From the NCBI GenBank assembly GCA_029263075.1, contig JAJCYE010000019.1, positions 10,454 to 74,453 of the forward strand: 64,000 bases of DNA, in the 5' to 3' direction. This stretch comes from Actinomycetes bacterium. GTDB taxonomy: Bacteria; Actinomycetota; CADDZG01; JAHWKV01. The notes under the pieces are model-generated. The model did not search any database. It worked only from the letters and a program-made list of their open reading frames with translations, and was not told the origin of the DNA. The position numbers and the translations under genes were made by a program. Below, piece by piece: positions 10,107-19,489 of this stretch (position 1 is its first letter; each line of letters opens with the position of its first letter).

Positions 10107-10802
10107 CTAGGGGGCGGCGCCACCTTCGATGATCGCGGCAAGTTCTGCATTGGTGAGGCGGGCAAATTTGCGCCGGTCCCTGGTCCGGTCCAGAACCCCG
10201 ACCTCCAGGTGCCCGTTGGGCAACTCCCGGTTCTCCACCTCTCGCAGGGACGCCACCCCCAACCGAACCGCCTCGTTGAGCGGCAGGTTGGGTTTGAAAT
10301 TTTCGCCTAGGTAACTCGACAACTCCTCGGCCTGGCCGCCCATGGTCACGTAATTGGTTTCGTCGGCCACCGAGCCGTCATAAAGGATGTGGTAAAGCTC
10401 GTTGGCCTCGCCTGCCTCTCCCACCGCGGCTACCAGGATCTCGACCTCGAACGGCTTCATGGCCTCGGTGAAGATCTGGCCCAAGATCTGTGAGTAAGAG
10501 TTGGCGAGACCCCGGGCGGAGACGTCGTCGCGGGAGTAGGAGTATCCCCGGACGTCGGCCTGACGGATGCCGTGCATCCGCAAACTCTCGAATTCGTTGA
10601 ACTTGCCCACGCCGGCAAAGGCCATGCGGTCGTAGATTTCAGAAATCTTGTGGAGGGTGCTGGAGGGGTTCTCGGCAACGAACAACACGCCGTCTGCGTA
10701 GTCCATGGCCATAACGGACTTGCCCCGTTTGATTCCCTTGCGGGCGTAGTCGGACTTGTCCTTCATGAACTGCTCGGGTGAAACGTAGAAGGGAAGGCTC
10801 AT
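10107..10802 (-). CDS. prcA: 20S proteasome alpha subunit
   Basis: MSLPFYVSPEQ..KDK.DYARKGI.RG.S and LHKISEIYDR motifs. Confidence 0.96.
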   Translation of the reverse strand: MSLPFYVSPEQFMKDKSDYARKGIKRGKSVMAMDYADGVLFVAENPSSTLHKISEIYDRMAFAGVGKFNEFESLRMHGIRQADVRGYSYSRDDVSARGLANSYSQILGQIFTEAMKPFEVEILVAAVGEAGEANELYHILYDGSVADETNYVTMGGQAEELSSYLGENFKPNLPLNEAVRLGVASLREVENRELPNGHLEVGVLDRTRDRRKFARLTNAELAAIIEGGAAP

Positions 10803-11650
10803 TCGACCGGCCTGCTTGTTCCGGGAACCCGCTCCGCCGACGATTTGCCCAGCTCGGAACGCTCGTGCAGCAGTTCCTGGAACAGCTCGGCGATGCGGTC
10901 GTCGGAGTACTCGGTGAAGCCGTCGGCGGTTATCGACGCAATGTTCGGGTAAATGCGGCGGAGAACATCCGGACCCCCGGTTCCCACGTCTTCCTCGGAT
11001 GCGTCGAAGAGCGCCTCCAGGGCAACTTTGAGGGCGTCGTCGGAAGTAATCCCCGTCCGGTATCGCTTCTTGATGGTGGCCCGTGCGTCCCGCCCGCCCG
11101 ATCCGGTGGCCCAGTACTCGCTTTCTTCGTAACGGCCGCCTGTGACGTCGTACTTGAAGATCCGGCCCATGCCTGCTCGGTCGTCGTAACCGGCGAAGAG
11201 AGGTACGACCACCAGGCCTGCTTGCATGGCGAGCATGAGGTTGGCCCGGATCATTTGCCCCAGCTTGTTGGCCTGCCCTTCGAGGCTGAGCCGTTCACCT
11301 TCAATCTTTTCGTAGTGCTCCAGTTCCGTCTGAAACAACTTGGTCATCTCGATGGCCGGACCGGCCGACCCGGCGATGGCCACGGCCGAACAGCGGTCGG
11401 TTCGGAAGACCTTCTCGATGGAGCGGTGGGCAATGGAGTACCCCTCGGTGGCGCGCCGGTCCCCGGCGATCATCACGCCGGTGGCGTGTTTGAGAGCCAG
11501 GATCGTGGTGGCGTGGGGCGCCTCCAGGGGAGTCGAGCCGCTGAGGTCGGGGGTTACCTCGACCTGCATTCTCCGGAGCAAACCGCTGAAGGAGGAGGAG
11601 TCCAGGGATGCGCCCGGGGCGTGCTCGAAGGGGAAGTGCGGTCTGTCCAT
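10799..11650 (-). CDS. prcB: 20S proteasome beta subunit with propeptide
   Basis: PHA|TTILA processing site, AGDRRAT, ELEHYEKIEG and GSGG motifs. ATG 11650 lies 7 nt after TAGAAT (leaderless). Confidence 0.95.
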   Translation of the reverse strand: MDRPHFPFEHAPGASLDSSSFSGLLRRMQVEVTPDLSGSTPLEAPHATTILALKHATGVMIAGDRRATEGYSIAHRSIEKVFRTDRCSAVAIAGSAGPAIEMTKLFQTELEHYEKIEGERLSLEGQANKLGQMIRANLMLAMQAGLVVVPLFAGYDDRAGMGRIFKYDVTGGRYEESEYWATGSGGRDARATIKKRYRTGITSDDALKVALEALFDASEEDVGTGGPDVLRRIYPNIASITADGFTEYSDDRIAELFQELLHERSELGKSSAERVPGTSRPVE

Positions 11651-11719
11651 CCGTCGCATTCTAGCTTGACCTCCCGAAGGTGCGAGCCGGAAGGCCTACC
11701 TGTGCCGAACCGCGAACAT

Positions 11720-11754
11720 GGATGGGGTGCGGCATTGTGGGCCGCACCCCATCC
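11720..11754 (-). terminator. 14-bp stem hairpin, likely terminator after the Gly-rich gene
   Basis: GGATGGGGTGCGGC-attgtgg-GCCGCACCCCATCC is a perfect inverted repeat. Confidence 0.7.
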
Positions 11755-11778
11755 GGCACTTGTTTTTTGACCGATGAA

Positions 11779-12435
11779 TCAGCAGGCGTTGATCAGGGCC
11801 TCGACGCAAGCGTCGCCACTGTCGCCGGTGGCGCCGGTGCTTCCGCTGGTGCCTCCGTGGCCCGCATTTCCGCTGGAGCCGCCGGATCCGCCGGATCCGG
11901 CGTTGCCCGAAACCCCGTTTCCGCCGTTGCCGTTGCCGCCGTTCCCGGCGGCCGCAGCCCCACCGCTTCCGCCGTCGCAACCCGCTGCGGCCAGGCAGGC
12001 GCCCGCTCCACCGCTTCCGCCGTTGCCTCCACCGCCGTCGCCGCCGCCGGTGGTTGCGCCGGCGTGGTCACCGCTGCCTCCGGCCGCACCTCCACCACCG
12101 CCGTCGCCACCGCTGCCTCCGGCGCTGCCACCGCTGCCCCCGGCTGCCCCTCCACCGGCCCCGCCGTCGCCGCTGCCGCCTGCGGCGGCCCCGCTGTGCC
12201 CGCCGGCCCCACCGCTTCCGCCCGCTCCGCTGGAGCCGCCGTGGCCCGCGTTGCCGCTGTCGCCCGAGTTGCCGGTGTCACCGGTATCCAGGTCGTACTC
12301 CTGACTGCACTCAACCGTGTCGTCGCCCGGACCGTTGGCGTCGCAGTTGTTTAAGGCGAAAGCCGCCGGCAGACCCAGCGCTGCGACCACACCGATGACC
12401 AGCACAACACCCGTAAGTTTGTTGGATGACTTCAT
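11779..12435 (-). CDS. Secreted glycine-rich (X-G-X repeat) protein with three Cys pairs
   Basis: AAGGAG RBS; Sec signal MKSSNKLTGVVLVIGVVAALGLPAAFA; about 160 aa of G/S/A/D/N tripeptides; Cys pairs near the N-terminus, inside the repeat region and at the C-terminus. Confidence 0.8.
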   Translation of the reverse strand: MKSSNKLTGVVLVIGVVAALGLPAAFALNNCDANGPGDDTVECSQEYDLDTGDTGNSGDSGNAGHGGSSGAGGSGGAGGHSGAAAGGSGDGGAGGGAAGGSGGSAGGSGGDGGGGGAAGGSGDHAGATTGGGDGGGGNGGSGGAGACLAAAGCDGGSGGAAAAGNGGNGNGGNGVSGNAGSGGSGGSSGNAGHGGTSGSTGATGDSGDACVEALINAC

Positions 12436-12557
12436 TGCCGTCTCCTTTATTCCCGCCGGAACCGTGTGTTCTCGACGGAGATAGGAGTAGGGCGCGCCGG
12501 AAAGCTTACGAAAATGCAAAGAAGAAATTTGTTTTTGTGGCGGGCCGGGCTAGGGGG

Positions 12558-12746
12558 TTATTCGCCGCCCTTTTGGACATAGCTGCGAACGAATTCCTCG
12601 GCGTTTTCTTCAAGGACCTCGTCGATCTCGGAGATCAGCTTGTCTGTTTCTTCGGTGCTGCGGCGCACCGACTTGGGCGGGGCCTCTACCTCGGCGTCCG
12701 CGCTTTGTTCGGTCCGGCGCCTTACGCGCTTTTGATCTTCTGCCAT
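12558..12746 (-). CDS. pup: Prokaryotic ubiquitin-like protein Pup (C-terminal GGE)
   Basis: ...EIDEVLEENAEEFVRSYVQKGGE*. Confidence 0.97.
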   Translation of the reverse strand: MAEDQKRVRRRTEQSADAEVEAPPKSVRRSTEETDKLISEIDEVLEENAEEFVRSYVQKGGE

Positions 12747-12792
12747 CAGATATTCACCTTGATACAGATTGTAGCCCGAGCGGCCGATTCAA

Positions 12793-14280
12793 TCACGATT
12801 GGAGACGCCGGAGTAGGTCGGCGGCGTCGGTCGCGGCGTCGAACAGGGCCCCGGTGGTGGCTTTTGTACCTTTTAGCGGCTCCATCATAGGTACCTTTTG
12901 GAGCGAGTCGGCACCGGTGTCAAAGATCACTGCGTCCCAGGATGCCGCGGTCACCTGCGAAGAAAAACGTCCCAGCGACCGGCCCCGGAAGTAGGCGCGG
13001 GTGTCGGCCGGAGGATTCACGATGGCGGCTTGAATCTCGTCTTCGGAGACGAGGGTCTCTATTTGGCCGGTTTCTACCATCTTGTAGTAGACGCCTTTGT
13101 CCATTCTGATGTCGTGATACTGCAGATCCACCAGCGCCAGTTTGGGGTCGTTCCAATTCAGGTGGTGACGTTCCCTGTAGCCATCGACGGCCCTGAGCTT
13201 GGCCACCCAGTCCAGTTGCCGGTCGAGCTGCATGGGATCGGACTCCAATGCAGTCAACGTCTGCTCCCAGCGGGCCATCACCTGCGCCGTCACCTCGTTT
13301 ACATCCTGGTCCGCCAGATATTTTCGGGCCCAGTCGTAGTACTCCCACTGCAGGCCGACCGCGGTTACCTTGCGTCCGTCCTCCAGTTCGATCTTTGCCT
13401 TGCAGGTGGGGTCCCGGGAGATGGTCCTCAGGGCGGCAACCGGCTCGGAAATTCTCAGGTCGGCGGTGATGAAGTTGTCCTCGATCATCGAAAGCACGAT
13501 GGCGGTGGTGCCAACCTTGAGAAAGGTGGAGATCTCGCTCATGTTGGCGTCGCCGATGATTACGTGAAGGCGCCGGTACTTGTCGGCGTCGGCGTGCGGT
13601 TCGTCTCTGGTGTTGATGAGGGGCCGGCGAAAAGTGGTCTCAAGGCCCACCTCGACCTCAAAAAAGTCGGCCCTCTGGGAAATTTGGTACGGGATGTCTT
13701 TGGAGGCCGACGCACCCTCTGAGCCCACTTTTCCGGCGCCGGTGAAGATCTGCCGGGTGACGAAGAAGGGGGTCAGGGTGGTAACGATGCTCAAGAATGG
13801 GGTCGAGCGGCTCATCAGGTAGTTCTCGTGGCACCCGTACGAGTTGCCCTTCCCGTCCGAGTTGTTCTTGTAGACCAGGATCCGGTTCCGGGGGGGCAAG
13901 GAACGTCCCGCCGCCTCCACGCTGCCGGCGAGGATCCTCTCTCCCGCCTTGTCGTGGATGACCAGGTCGCGGGCGTTGCTGCACTCGGGCGTTGAATACT
14001 CCGGATGGGCGTGATCCACGTAGTAGCGGGCGCCGTTTTCCAGGATGACCGAGACCAGTCCGCCGTCGTCTTCAAGCAGGTCCAATCCGGTGCGCTCGAA
14101 GGTCCCCCGAGCGTCGCGCAGAGGGGTTTCCTCTTCGTAGTCCCAGCGCACGCGCTTCAAGCGGGGAGAGACGTAGGAGTTGATCAGAAGGGACGAAGCG
14201 AAAATCGGGTTGTGCTCCTCATCACCTTTGCTGATGATGCCGTATTCGGTTTCGATGCCCATCACTTTAGGAACGGCCAA
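12793..14280 (-). CDS. dop: Depupylase/deamidase Dop
   Basis: MGIETEYGI, WDYEEE.PLRDARG, YVDHAHPEYSTPE and TRAYFRG motifs. TTG 14280 has a GGAG SD (alternative start 14292). Confidence 0.95.
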   Translation of the reverse strand: MAVPKVMGIETEYGIISKGDEEHNPIFASSLLINSYVSPRLKRVRWDYEEETPLRDARGTFERTGLDLLEDDGGLVSVILENGARYYVDHAHPEYSTPECSNARDLVIHDKAGERILAGSVEAAGRSLPPRNRILVYKNNSDGKGNSYGCHENYLMSRSTPFLSIVTTLTPFFVTRQIFTGAGKVGSEGASASKDIPYQISQRADFFEVEVGLETTFRRPLINTRDEPHADADKYRRLHVIIGDANMSEISTFLKVGTTAIVLSMIEDNFITADLRISEPVAALRTISRDPTCKAKIELEDGRKVTAVGLQWEYYDWARKYLADQDVNEVTAQVMARWEQTLTALESDPMQLDRQLDWVAKLRAVDGYRERHHLNWNDPKLALVDLQYHDIRMDKGVYYKMVETGQIETLVSEDEIQAAIVNPPADTRAYFRGRSLGRFSSQVTAASWDAVIFDTGADSLQKVPMMEPLKGTKATTGALFDAATDAADLLRRLQS

Positions 14281-14412
14281 ACAAGTCTCCAACTCCTCGG
14301 GGATTTGGTCGGTAGACCTTACAGGGCTTTGGTTCGGTCTGGGAGAAGGTCGCTCCCATCAAGCTCACGGTCGACGCGGGCTCTGGCCGGATGAACGACC
14401 TGCGGAGCCCCT

Positions 14413-16167
14413 TTATAGATACTGGCCGGTCTGAATCTGCTCGATAGAGCGGGACTCCGCCTTTTTCTGTTCGCTCACCAGGGTCCGGACGAAGACAATG
14501 CGTTCGCCCTTCTTGCCTGAAATGCGCGCCCAGTCGTCCGGGTTTGTGGTGTTCGGCAGGTCCTCGTTCTCGTGGTACTCCTGATGGATTGACTCGATGA
14601 GGTCGGAGGTCCTGATGCCTCCCTCCCCGTGGCCGATCAATCGTTTGATGGCCATCTTCTTGGCCCGGCGAACGATATTTTCGATCATGGCCCCGGAGGA
14701 GAAGTCCTTGAAGTACAAAATCTCTTTGTCGCCGTTGGCGTAGGTGACCTCCAGGAAGCGGTTGTCGTCGGCGACCGAGTACATCTCCTCGACGGTGACC
14801 TCGATCATCGCCGCGATGGCCTTTTGCACGTCTCCGTAGCGTTCGGTCTCCCCCGGGCTGATGGGGACTTCCGAGATTAGGTACTTGGCGAAGATGGCCT
14901 TGGCCGACTCGCTGTCGGGCCGCTCGACCTTGATTTTCACGTCCAAACGGCCCGGACGCAGGATGGCGGGGTCGATCAGGTCCTCCCGGTTGGAGGCCCC
15001 GATGATGATTACGTTTTTCAGTTGCTCGACACCGTCGAGTTCGGAAAGAAGCTGCGGGACGATGGTGGTTTCTATGTCGCTGGAGATGCCCGAACCGCGG
15101 GTCCGGAACAGGGACTCCATCTCGTCGAAGAAGACGATCACCGGGACCCCCTCCTCCGACTTCTCCTTGGCTCGCTGGAAGATCATCCGGATCTGACGCT
15201 CGGTTTCACCGACGTACTTGTTGAGCAGTTCCGGGCCTTTGACGTTCAGGAAGTAGGCCCGGACATCTTCCCGGCCGGTAACCTCCTGTGTCCGTTTGGC
15301 CAGGGAGTTGGCGACCGCCTTGGCAATCAGTGTTTTGCCGCATCCGGGGGGGCCGTAGAGCAACACGCCCTTGGGCGGCGGAAGTTGGTAGTCGCTGAAC
15401 AACCCGGCGTAGAGGAACGGCAACTCCACGGCATCCCGCAGGGCCTCGATCTGTTCGTCCAGTCCACCGATTGCCGTGTAGTCGATATCGGGTACCTCTT
15501 CGAGGACCAATTCTTCGACTTCGGCCTTGGGTAGCTTTTCCATGAGGTAGCCGGAGCGGGAATCAAGTAACACCGAGTCGCCCGCGTTCAGGATCTGACC
15601 GTCAAGCTGGGCCGAGAGCGAGACCACCCGTTCTTCGTCGGCGTGGGTCACAACTATTGCCCGGTCCTGGCTGATGAGTTCTTTTAGCTGCGCCACCTCG
15701 CCCTGGGCCTCGTAGCCACGACCTTCCACGATGTTCAGGCCTTCGTTGAGACGGACTTCCTGACCCTTGACCAGGGTTGCCAAATCCACGCCCGGAGCGA
15801 CGTTGACACGCAGCTTGCGGCCGCCGGTGAAAATGTCGGCGGTGCCGTCATCGTAGGGGCCGAGAAAAACGCCGTAGCCGGAGGGGGGCGAGGACAGTTT
15901 GTCTATCTCTTCCTGGAGGTTGACCAGTTCTGCGCGGGCTTGGGCGAGGAGGGCAGCCATACGTTCGCTTTGATTGCGTGAGCGGCTGGCTTCGTGGCGT
16001 ACCTCCTGAAGCTGGCTTTCAAGTTTGCGAATTTTGAGCGGTGCGTCGAGAAGTTTGCTTCTGAGTACCGCGGACTCCTCTTCGAGGTCCTTGATGTGCA
16101 TCTGCAGTTCGCCCACTTCTTGTTCGAATGCGGCGATTCTGCGATCGAACTCAGATGATCCGCGCAT
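14413..16167 (-). CDS. arc: Proteasomal ATPase ARC/Mpa
   Basis: N-terminal coiled coil, GPPGCGKT Walker A, FFDEMES Walker B, RPGRLD and the C-terminal GQYL docking motif; GAAGGAG SD before ATG 16167. Confidence 0.96.
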   Translation of the reverse strand: MRGSSEFDRRIAAFEQEVGELQMHIKDLEEESAVLRSKLLDAPLKIRKLESQLQEVRHEASRSRNQSERMAALLAQARAELVNLQEEIDKLSSPPSGYGVFLGPYDDGTADIFTGGRKLRVNVAPGVDLATLVKGQEVRLNEGLNIVEGRGYEAQGEVAQLKELISQDRAIVVTHADEERVVSLSAQLDGQILNAGDSVLLDSRSGYLMEKLPKAEVEELVLEEVPDIDYTAIGGLDEQIEALRDAVELPFLYAGLFSDYQLPPPKGVLLYGPPGCGKTLIAKAVANSLAKRTQEVTGREDVRAYFLNVKGPELLNKYVGETERQIRMIFQRAKEKSEEGVPVIVFFDEMESLFRTRGSGISSDIETTIVPQLLSELDGVEQLKNVIIIGASNREDLIDPAILRPGRLDVKIKVERPDSESAKAIFAKYLISEVPISPGETERYGDVQKAIAAMIEVTVEEMYSVADDNRFLEVTYANGDKEILYFKDFSSGAMIENIVRRAKKMAIKRLIGHGEGGIRTSDLIESIHQEYHENEDLPNTTNPDDWARISGKKGERIVFVRTLVSEQKKAESRSIEQIQTGQYL

Positions 16168-16183
16168 ATTCAGGCCCGCTCCT

Positions 16184-16219
16184 TCAATTTCCAAAGCACC
16201 GGGTATCGAAGCATCGCAT
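16184..16219 (-). CDS. Putative near-leaderless u[14 protein letters not shown] upstream of arc
   Basis: TATACT (16228-16233) lies 8 nt before the ATG; the stop codon abuts the arc SD. Confidence 0.3.
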   Translation of the reverse strand: MRCFDTRCFGN

Positions 16220-16286
16220 CCTGTCCAAGTATAGGGGCCTCATTGATTGTTCCTTAGCTTTACCGGACCGAGCCAGGGGGCAAACC

Positions 16287-17063
16287 CTACTCCTTTACGG
16301 TGATCCGGGCGAAGGTCAAAAATCCGGTGTGCGCCACCATGCGGTGGTCCGGCCGGACGGACTGTCCGTCGATGTGCCAGGTGCGGGTGAGGGTTTCTTG
16401 ACTCCACACCGATGTCCAGCGGGTGTCCGCCTGCAATTCTTCGGTCAGTCGTTGTACCTGGAGAATGGTGGGAAGGAAGCAGACCATGATGCCGCCGGGC
16501 CTCAGGGATTCTGCGACCTGGGGCAGGGCCCTCCACGGTTCTGGAAGGTCCAACGAGACGCGGTCGACCTCGGTGGGTTCGATGGGTTCGTAGATGCTGC
16601 CCATCCGGACCTGCAGATTTTCAACCTTGCCCAAGAACTCTTCGATGTTGGTGAGGGCCCTGGAGGCGAAATCTTCCCGCTGTTCATACGCGATTACCTC
16701 TCCCTCGGGGCCAACCGCTCTCAGTAGCGCCATGGTGGTTGCACCGGAACCCAGGCCGGCCTCCAAGACCCGTGCGCCCGGGTAGACGTCGGCTTGCATC
16801 AGCATGATGGCCACGTCTTTGGGGTAGATCACCTGCGCGCCCCGGGGCATCTTGAGGACGTAGTCGGCGTAGGTCGGCCGGAAAACCGTCATGACTTCCG
16901 AGCCGGTGGAAGTCACCAGGCTCCCGTCCGGTTGGCCGATGATCAGGTCGTGCGGGACGATTCCCCGATGGAAGTGGAACAACGCCCCCGTTCGCAGGGT
17001 GAGCAGGTAGCGCCGGCCCTTTCGGTCGGTGAGCATGGCCTTGTCGCCGGGTTCAAAATTCAC
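16287..17063 (-). CDS. trmI: tRNA (adenine-58-N1)-methyltransferase
   Basis: MPRGAQVIYPKD, LEAGLGSG, LDLPEPW and VRPDHRMVAHTGFL motifs; usual position upstream of arc. Confidence 0.93.
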   Translation of the reverse strand: MNFEPGDKAMLTDRKGRRYLLTLRTGALFHFHRGIVPHDLIIGQPDGSLVTSTGSEVMTVFRPTYADYVLKMPRGAQVIYPKDVAIMLMQADVYPGARVLEAGLGSGATTMALLRAVGPEGEVIAYEQREDFASRALTNIEEFLGKVENLQVRMGSIYEPIEPTEVDRVSLDLPEPWRALPQVAESLRPGGIMVCFLPTILQVQRLTEELQADTRWTSVWSQETLTRTWHIDGQSVRPDHRMVAHTGFLTFARITVKE

Positions 17064-17089
17064 AACCGCAGTCCGTTCGCTTTTATCAT
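17060..17089 (-). CDS. Putative leaderless uORF MIKANGLRL coupled to trmI
   Basis: TAAGAT (17096-17101) lies 6 nt before ATG 17089; its TGA overlaps the trmI GTG (GTGA). Confidence 0.45.
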   Translation of the reverse strand: MIKANGLRL

Positions 17090-17228
17090 CGGGCGATCTT
17101 AGCCGCAGGTAGGGAGAACAGCGCTTGGGAACCCTGTCCGTGCCGGGCAAACCGGCCCGACTGCCTGGTGATGAGCGCGTCCGGCGGGCCGGACCCCCTG
17201 GACGATTCGAATCGGGTCTGACCCGAAC

Positions 17229-17264
17229 AAAAAAGGAGCCGGGTCCCCGTGGGGGCCCGGCTCC
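17229..17264 (-). terminator. Intrinsic terminator downstream of glnII
   Basis: GGAGCCGGG...CCCGGCTCC stem followed by T6 on the minus strand. Confidence 0.85.
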
Positions 17265-17282
17265 CGGTTTGAGTGCAGCCGG

Positions 17283-18314
17283 TTAGCCGACCACGGACTC
17301 CAGTTCGGCTTCGGCCAGGGCGCCGCAGCAGGTCTCCATGAGCAGGCGGCTCACGACGTAGGGGTCCATGTTGGCGTTGGGGCGCCGGTCCTCCAGCCAT
17401 CCCTTGCCGGCCTTGGCAACGGCCCACGGGATGCGGATCGATGCGCCCCGGTCGGAGGTGCCGTAGCTGAACTGGTTCCACTTCTGAGTTTCATGGGCGC
17501 CGGTCAGGCGGTCCTCGATGCCTTCACCGTAGTTCTCCACGTGCTTGAGGGGGTCCTTTCCGAGCGCCTCGCAGCAGGCGATGATGGCGTCCCAGCTCTC
17601 GCGGGTGCCTTTGGTGGAGAAGTTGGTGTGGGCACCGGCGCCGTTCCAGTCGCCGGGAACGGGCTTGGCGGCGAGGGTGACGAATACTTCGTGCTCCTCC
17701 GCGATGCGGTAGAGCAGCCAGCGGCCCATCCAGATCTGGTCGGCGATGTCGGGGGCGCCCAGGACGCCGATCTGGAATTCCCATTGGGCCATCATGACCT
17801 CGGCGTTGGTGCCTTCGATCGAGAGCCCGGCGTTGATGCAGGCGAGGGTGTGCTCTTCGATGATGTCGCGGCCGACCATCTTCTGGCCGCCTACTCCGCA
17901 GTAGTAAGGGCCCTGCGGGGCGGGGAACCAACCACCGGCTACCGGCCATCCGAGGGGGCGACCGTCCTGCATAAAGGTGTATTCCTGCTCGATGCCGAAC
18001 ATGGGCTCCTGGTCGGCATACTTGTCCGCCACCTCAACGCACGGGCGGCGGGTGTTGGTGGGGTGGGGGGTGCCGTCCGGGAGGAAAACCTCGCAGAGGA
18101 CCAGAATGTTGTCTCCGCCGCGGATGGGGTCCGGGCAGATGAACACCGGCTCAAGAACGCAATCGGAGTTTTCGCCCGGGGCCTGGTTCGTGCTGGATCC
18201 GTCGAAGCCCCAGGTTCCGGGCTTTTGGCCGTCGGCAAGGATCTTGGTCTTGTTACGCATCAAGGCAGTCGGCTTCGTGCCGTCAATCCAGATGTACTCG
18301 GCCTGATAGCTCAA
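17283..18314 (-). CDS. glnII: Glutamine synthetase type II
   Basis: 343 aa; AEYIWIDG, WGFDGSSTNQA, FGIEQEY, PQGPYYCG, NAEVM..QWEFQIG, GDWNGAGAHTNFS, RLTGAHET and EDRRP motifs. Confidence 0.93.
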   Translation of the reverse strand: MSYQAEYIWIDGTKPTALMRNKTKILADGQKPGTWGFDGSSTNQAPGENSDCVLEPVFICPDPIRGGDNILVLCEVFLPDGTPHPTNTRRPCVEVADKYADQEPMFGIEQEYTFMQDGRPLGWPVAGGWFPAPQGPYYCGVGGQKMVGRDIIEEHTLACINAGLSIEGTNAEVMMAQWEFQIGVLGAPDIADQIWMGRWLLYRIAEEHEVFVTLAAKPVPGDWNGAGAHTNFSTKGTRESWDAIIACCEALGKDPLKHVENYGEGIEDRLTGAHETQKWNQFSYGTSDRGASIRIPWAVAKAGKGWLEDRRPNANMDPYVVSRLLMETCCGALAEAELESVVG

Positions 18315-18400
18315 AGTATTTGTCTCCTATATCTGTTTCGGGTCACGGCCCGTTCGGCGCCACCCTGCGTGTCCAATGACCGGCAGCCTAGCAGCGGAGT

Positions 18401-18427
18401 GTTACGAGCCTGTTGCGCATTTGTGAC
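18401..18427 (-). promoter_or_regulatory. GlnR-type box (three pentamers at 11-bp period) upstream of glnII
   Basis: Minus strand GTCAC-n6-GCAAC-n6-GTAAC matches the GTNAC-n6-GAAAC GlnR architecture. A second TTAAC-n6-GTAAC lies at 18564-18579. Confidence 0.65.
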
Positions 18428-18852
18428 TCGGCGATGCGTTACTGCCGGAGCAGAATCGAAGGCGGAGTCCCGGGATCGGCCGCTCCTGTCCCCGTCCAAA
18501 CTGACCGGACGTAATCGAATCGTAAACGCGTCTTTTGATGTCGAACCACAAAAGTCGCCGATGTTAACTGTTTCGTAACAATTCGGGAACTCCCCCGACT
18601 AATTGCGGTTTGTATTTTCTCCTGCCTGGGAGTCGTGGGTCTTGGCCCTATCCGCGAGGGGGGTTTCACCCCGGGCCTGCTCGGTTCCCGGACCGACCAT
18701 CAGCGCAACAACGAGCCTAAGAACTCGGCCGGCGGACGCATCTGTTCGGGGATTTAGGTACTCCAAGGCACCTGGTTCGTTGAGAAGTCCGGGTGCTGGT
18801 TTTGATCGCCCGGTGATGCGCGTCCGGTTGATGCCCGCACTAAGCTTGGGGG

Positions 18853-19434
18853 GTGAAGCGACTCTGTGTTTTTACCGGATCCCGGCCCGGGGCGCTCCCT
18901 GAGTATGCCCGGGCCGCCCAGGAACTTGCCGGCGAGATCCTCGAGCGCAAGTTGGTGCTCGTTTACGGGGGCAGCACCGTCGGGCTGATGGGAATTTTGG
19001 CCGACGCGGTGTTGGAGGGCGGCGGCGAGGTGATCGGGGTCATCCCGGAGGGGCTGTTCTCCAAGGAGGTCCCCCACACGGGGCTCACCGAAATTCACAT
19101 GGTCAAGTCGATGCACGAGCGCAAACAGGTGATGTCGGACCTCGCGGACGGGTTCGTGGCACTGCCCGGCGGGGTGGGGACTCTGGAGGAGTTGACCGAG
19201 ATCTACACCTGGGGCCAGTTGGGCTTGCACCGCAAACCCTGCGGTTTGCTCAATATCGAGGGGTACTACACCCACCTCATCCGGTTCCTGGACCACGCGG
19301 TTCACGAGGGGTTCCTGGAGCCCACTCAGCGCCACACGCTGCTGGTCGCCGAAGATCCGCGCAAACTGCTGGATGAGTTCGAGGGGTACCGGGCACCCCA
19401 CCTTGACAGGTGGTTGGACCGTGTCGGCACCTAG
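18853..19434 (+). CDS. LOG-family nucleotide phosphoribohydrolase (TIGR00730-like)
   Basis: LVYGG..GLMG, MHERK and PGGVGTLEE motifs. Confidence 0.93.
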   Translation: MKRLCVFTGSRPGALPEYARAAQELAGEILERKLVLVYGGSTVGLMGILADAVLEGGGEVIGVIPEGLFSKEVPHTGLTEIHMVKSMHERKQVMSDLADGFVALPGGVGTLEELTEIYTWGQLGLHRKPCGLLNIEGYYTHLIRFLDHAVHEGFLEPTQRHTLLVAEDPRKLLDEFEGYRAPHLDRWLDRVGT

Positions 19435-19489
19435 CCGTTAATCGGCCGGGGAGATCGGGACCCTGCGGGAGCCGTCGAGCCGTTCCCGG

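Noticed and set aside
11774-12304. Pro-rich plus-strand ORF of 176 aa
   Set aside because: Reverse complement of the Gly codons of the secreted Gly-rich gene, which has the RBS and signal peptide.
17493-18578. 361-aa plus-strand ORF and similar long antisense ORFs over leuB, ilvC, ilvD and sufS
   Set aside because: Shadow frames opposite well-supported genes.
18580-18840. Unassigned ~260-nt intergenic stretch as a possible sRNA or gene remnant
   Set aside because: No recognisable structure, terminator or coding signal by eye; a covariance search would be needed.
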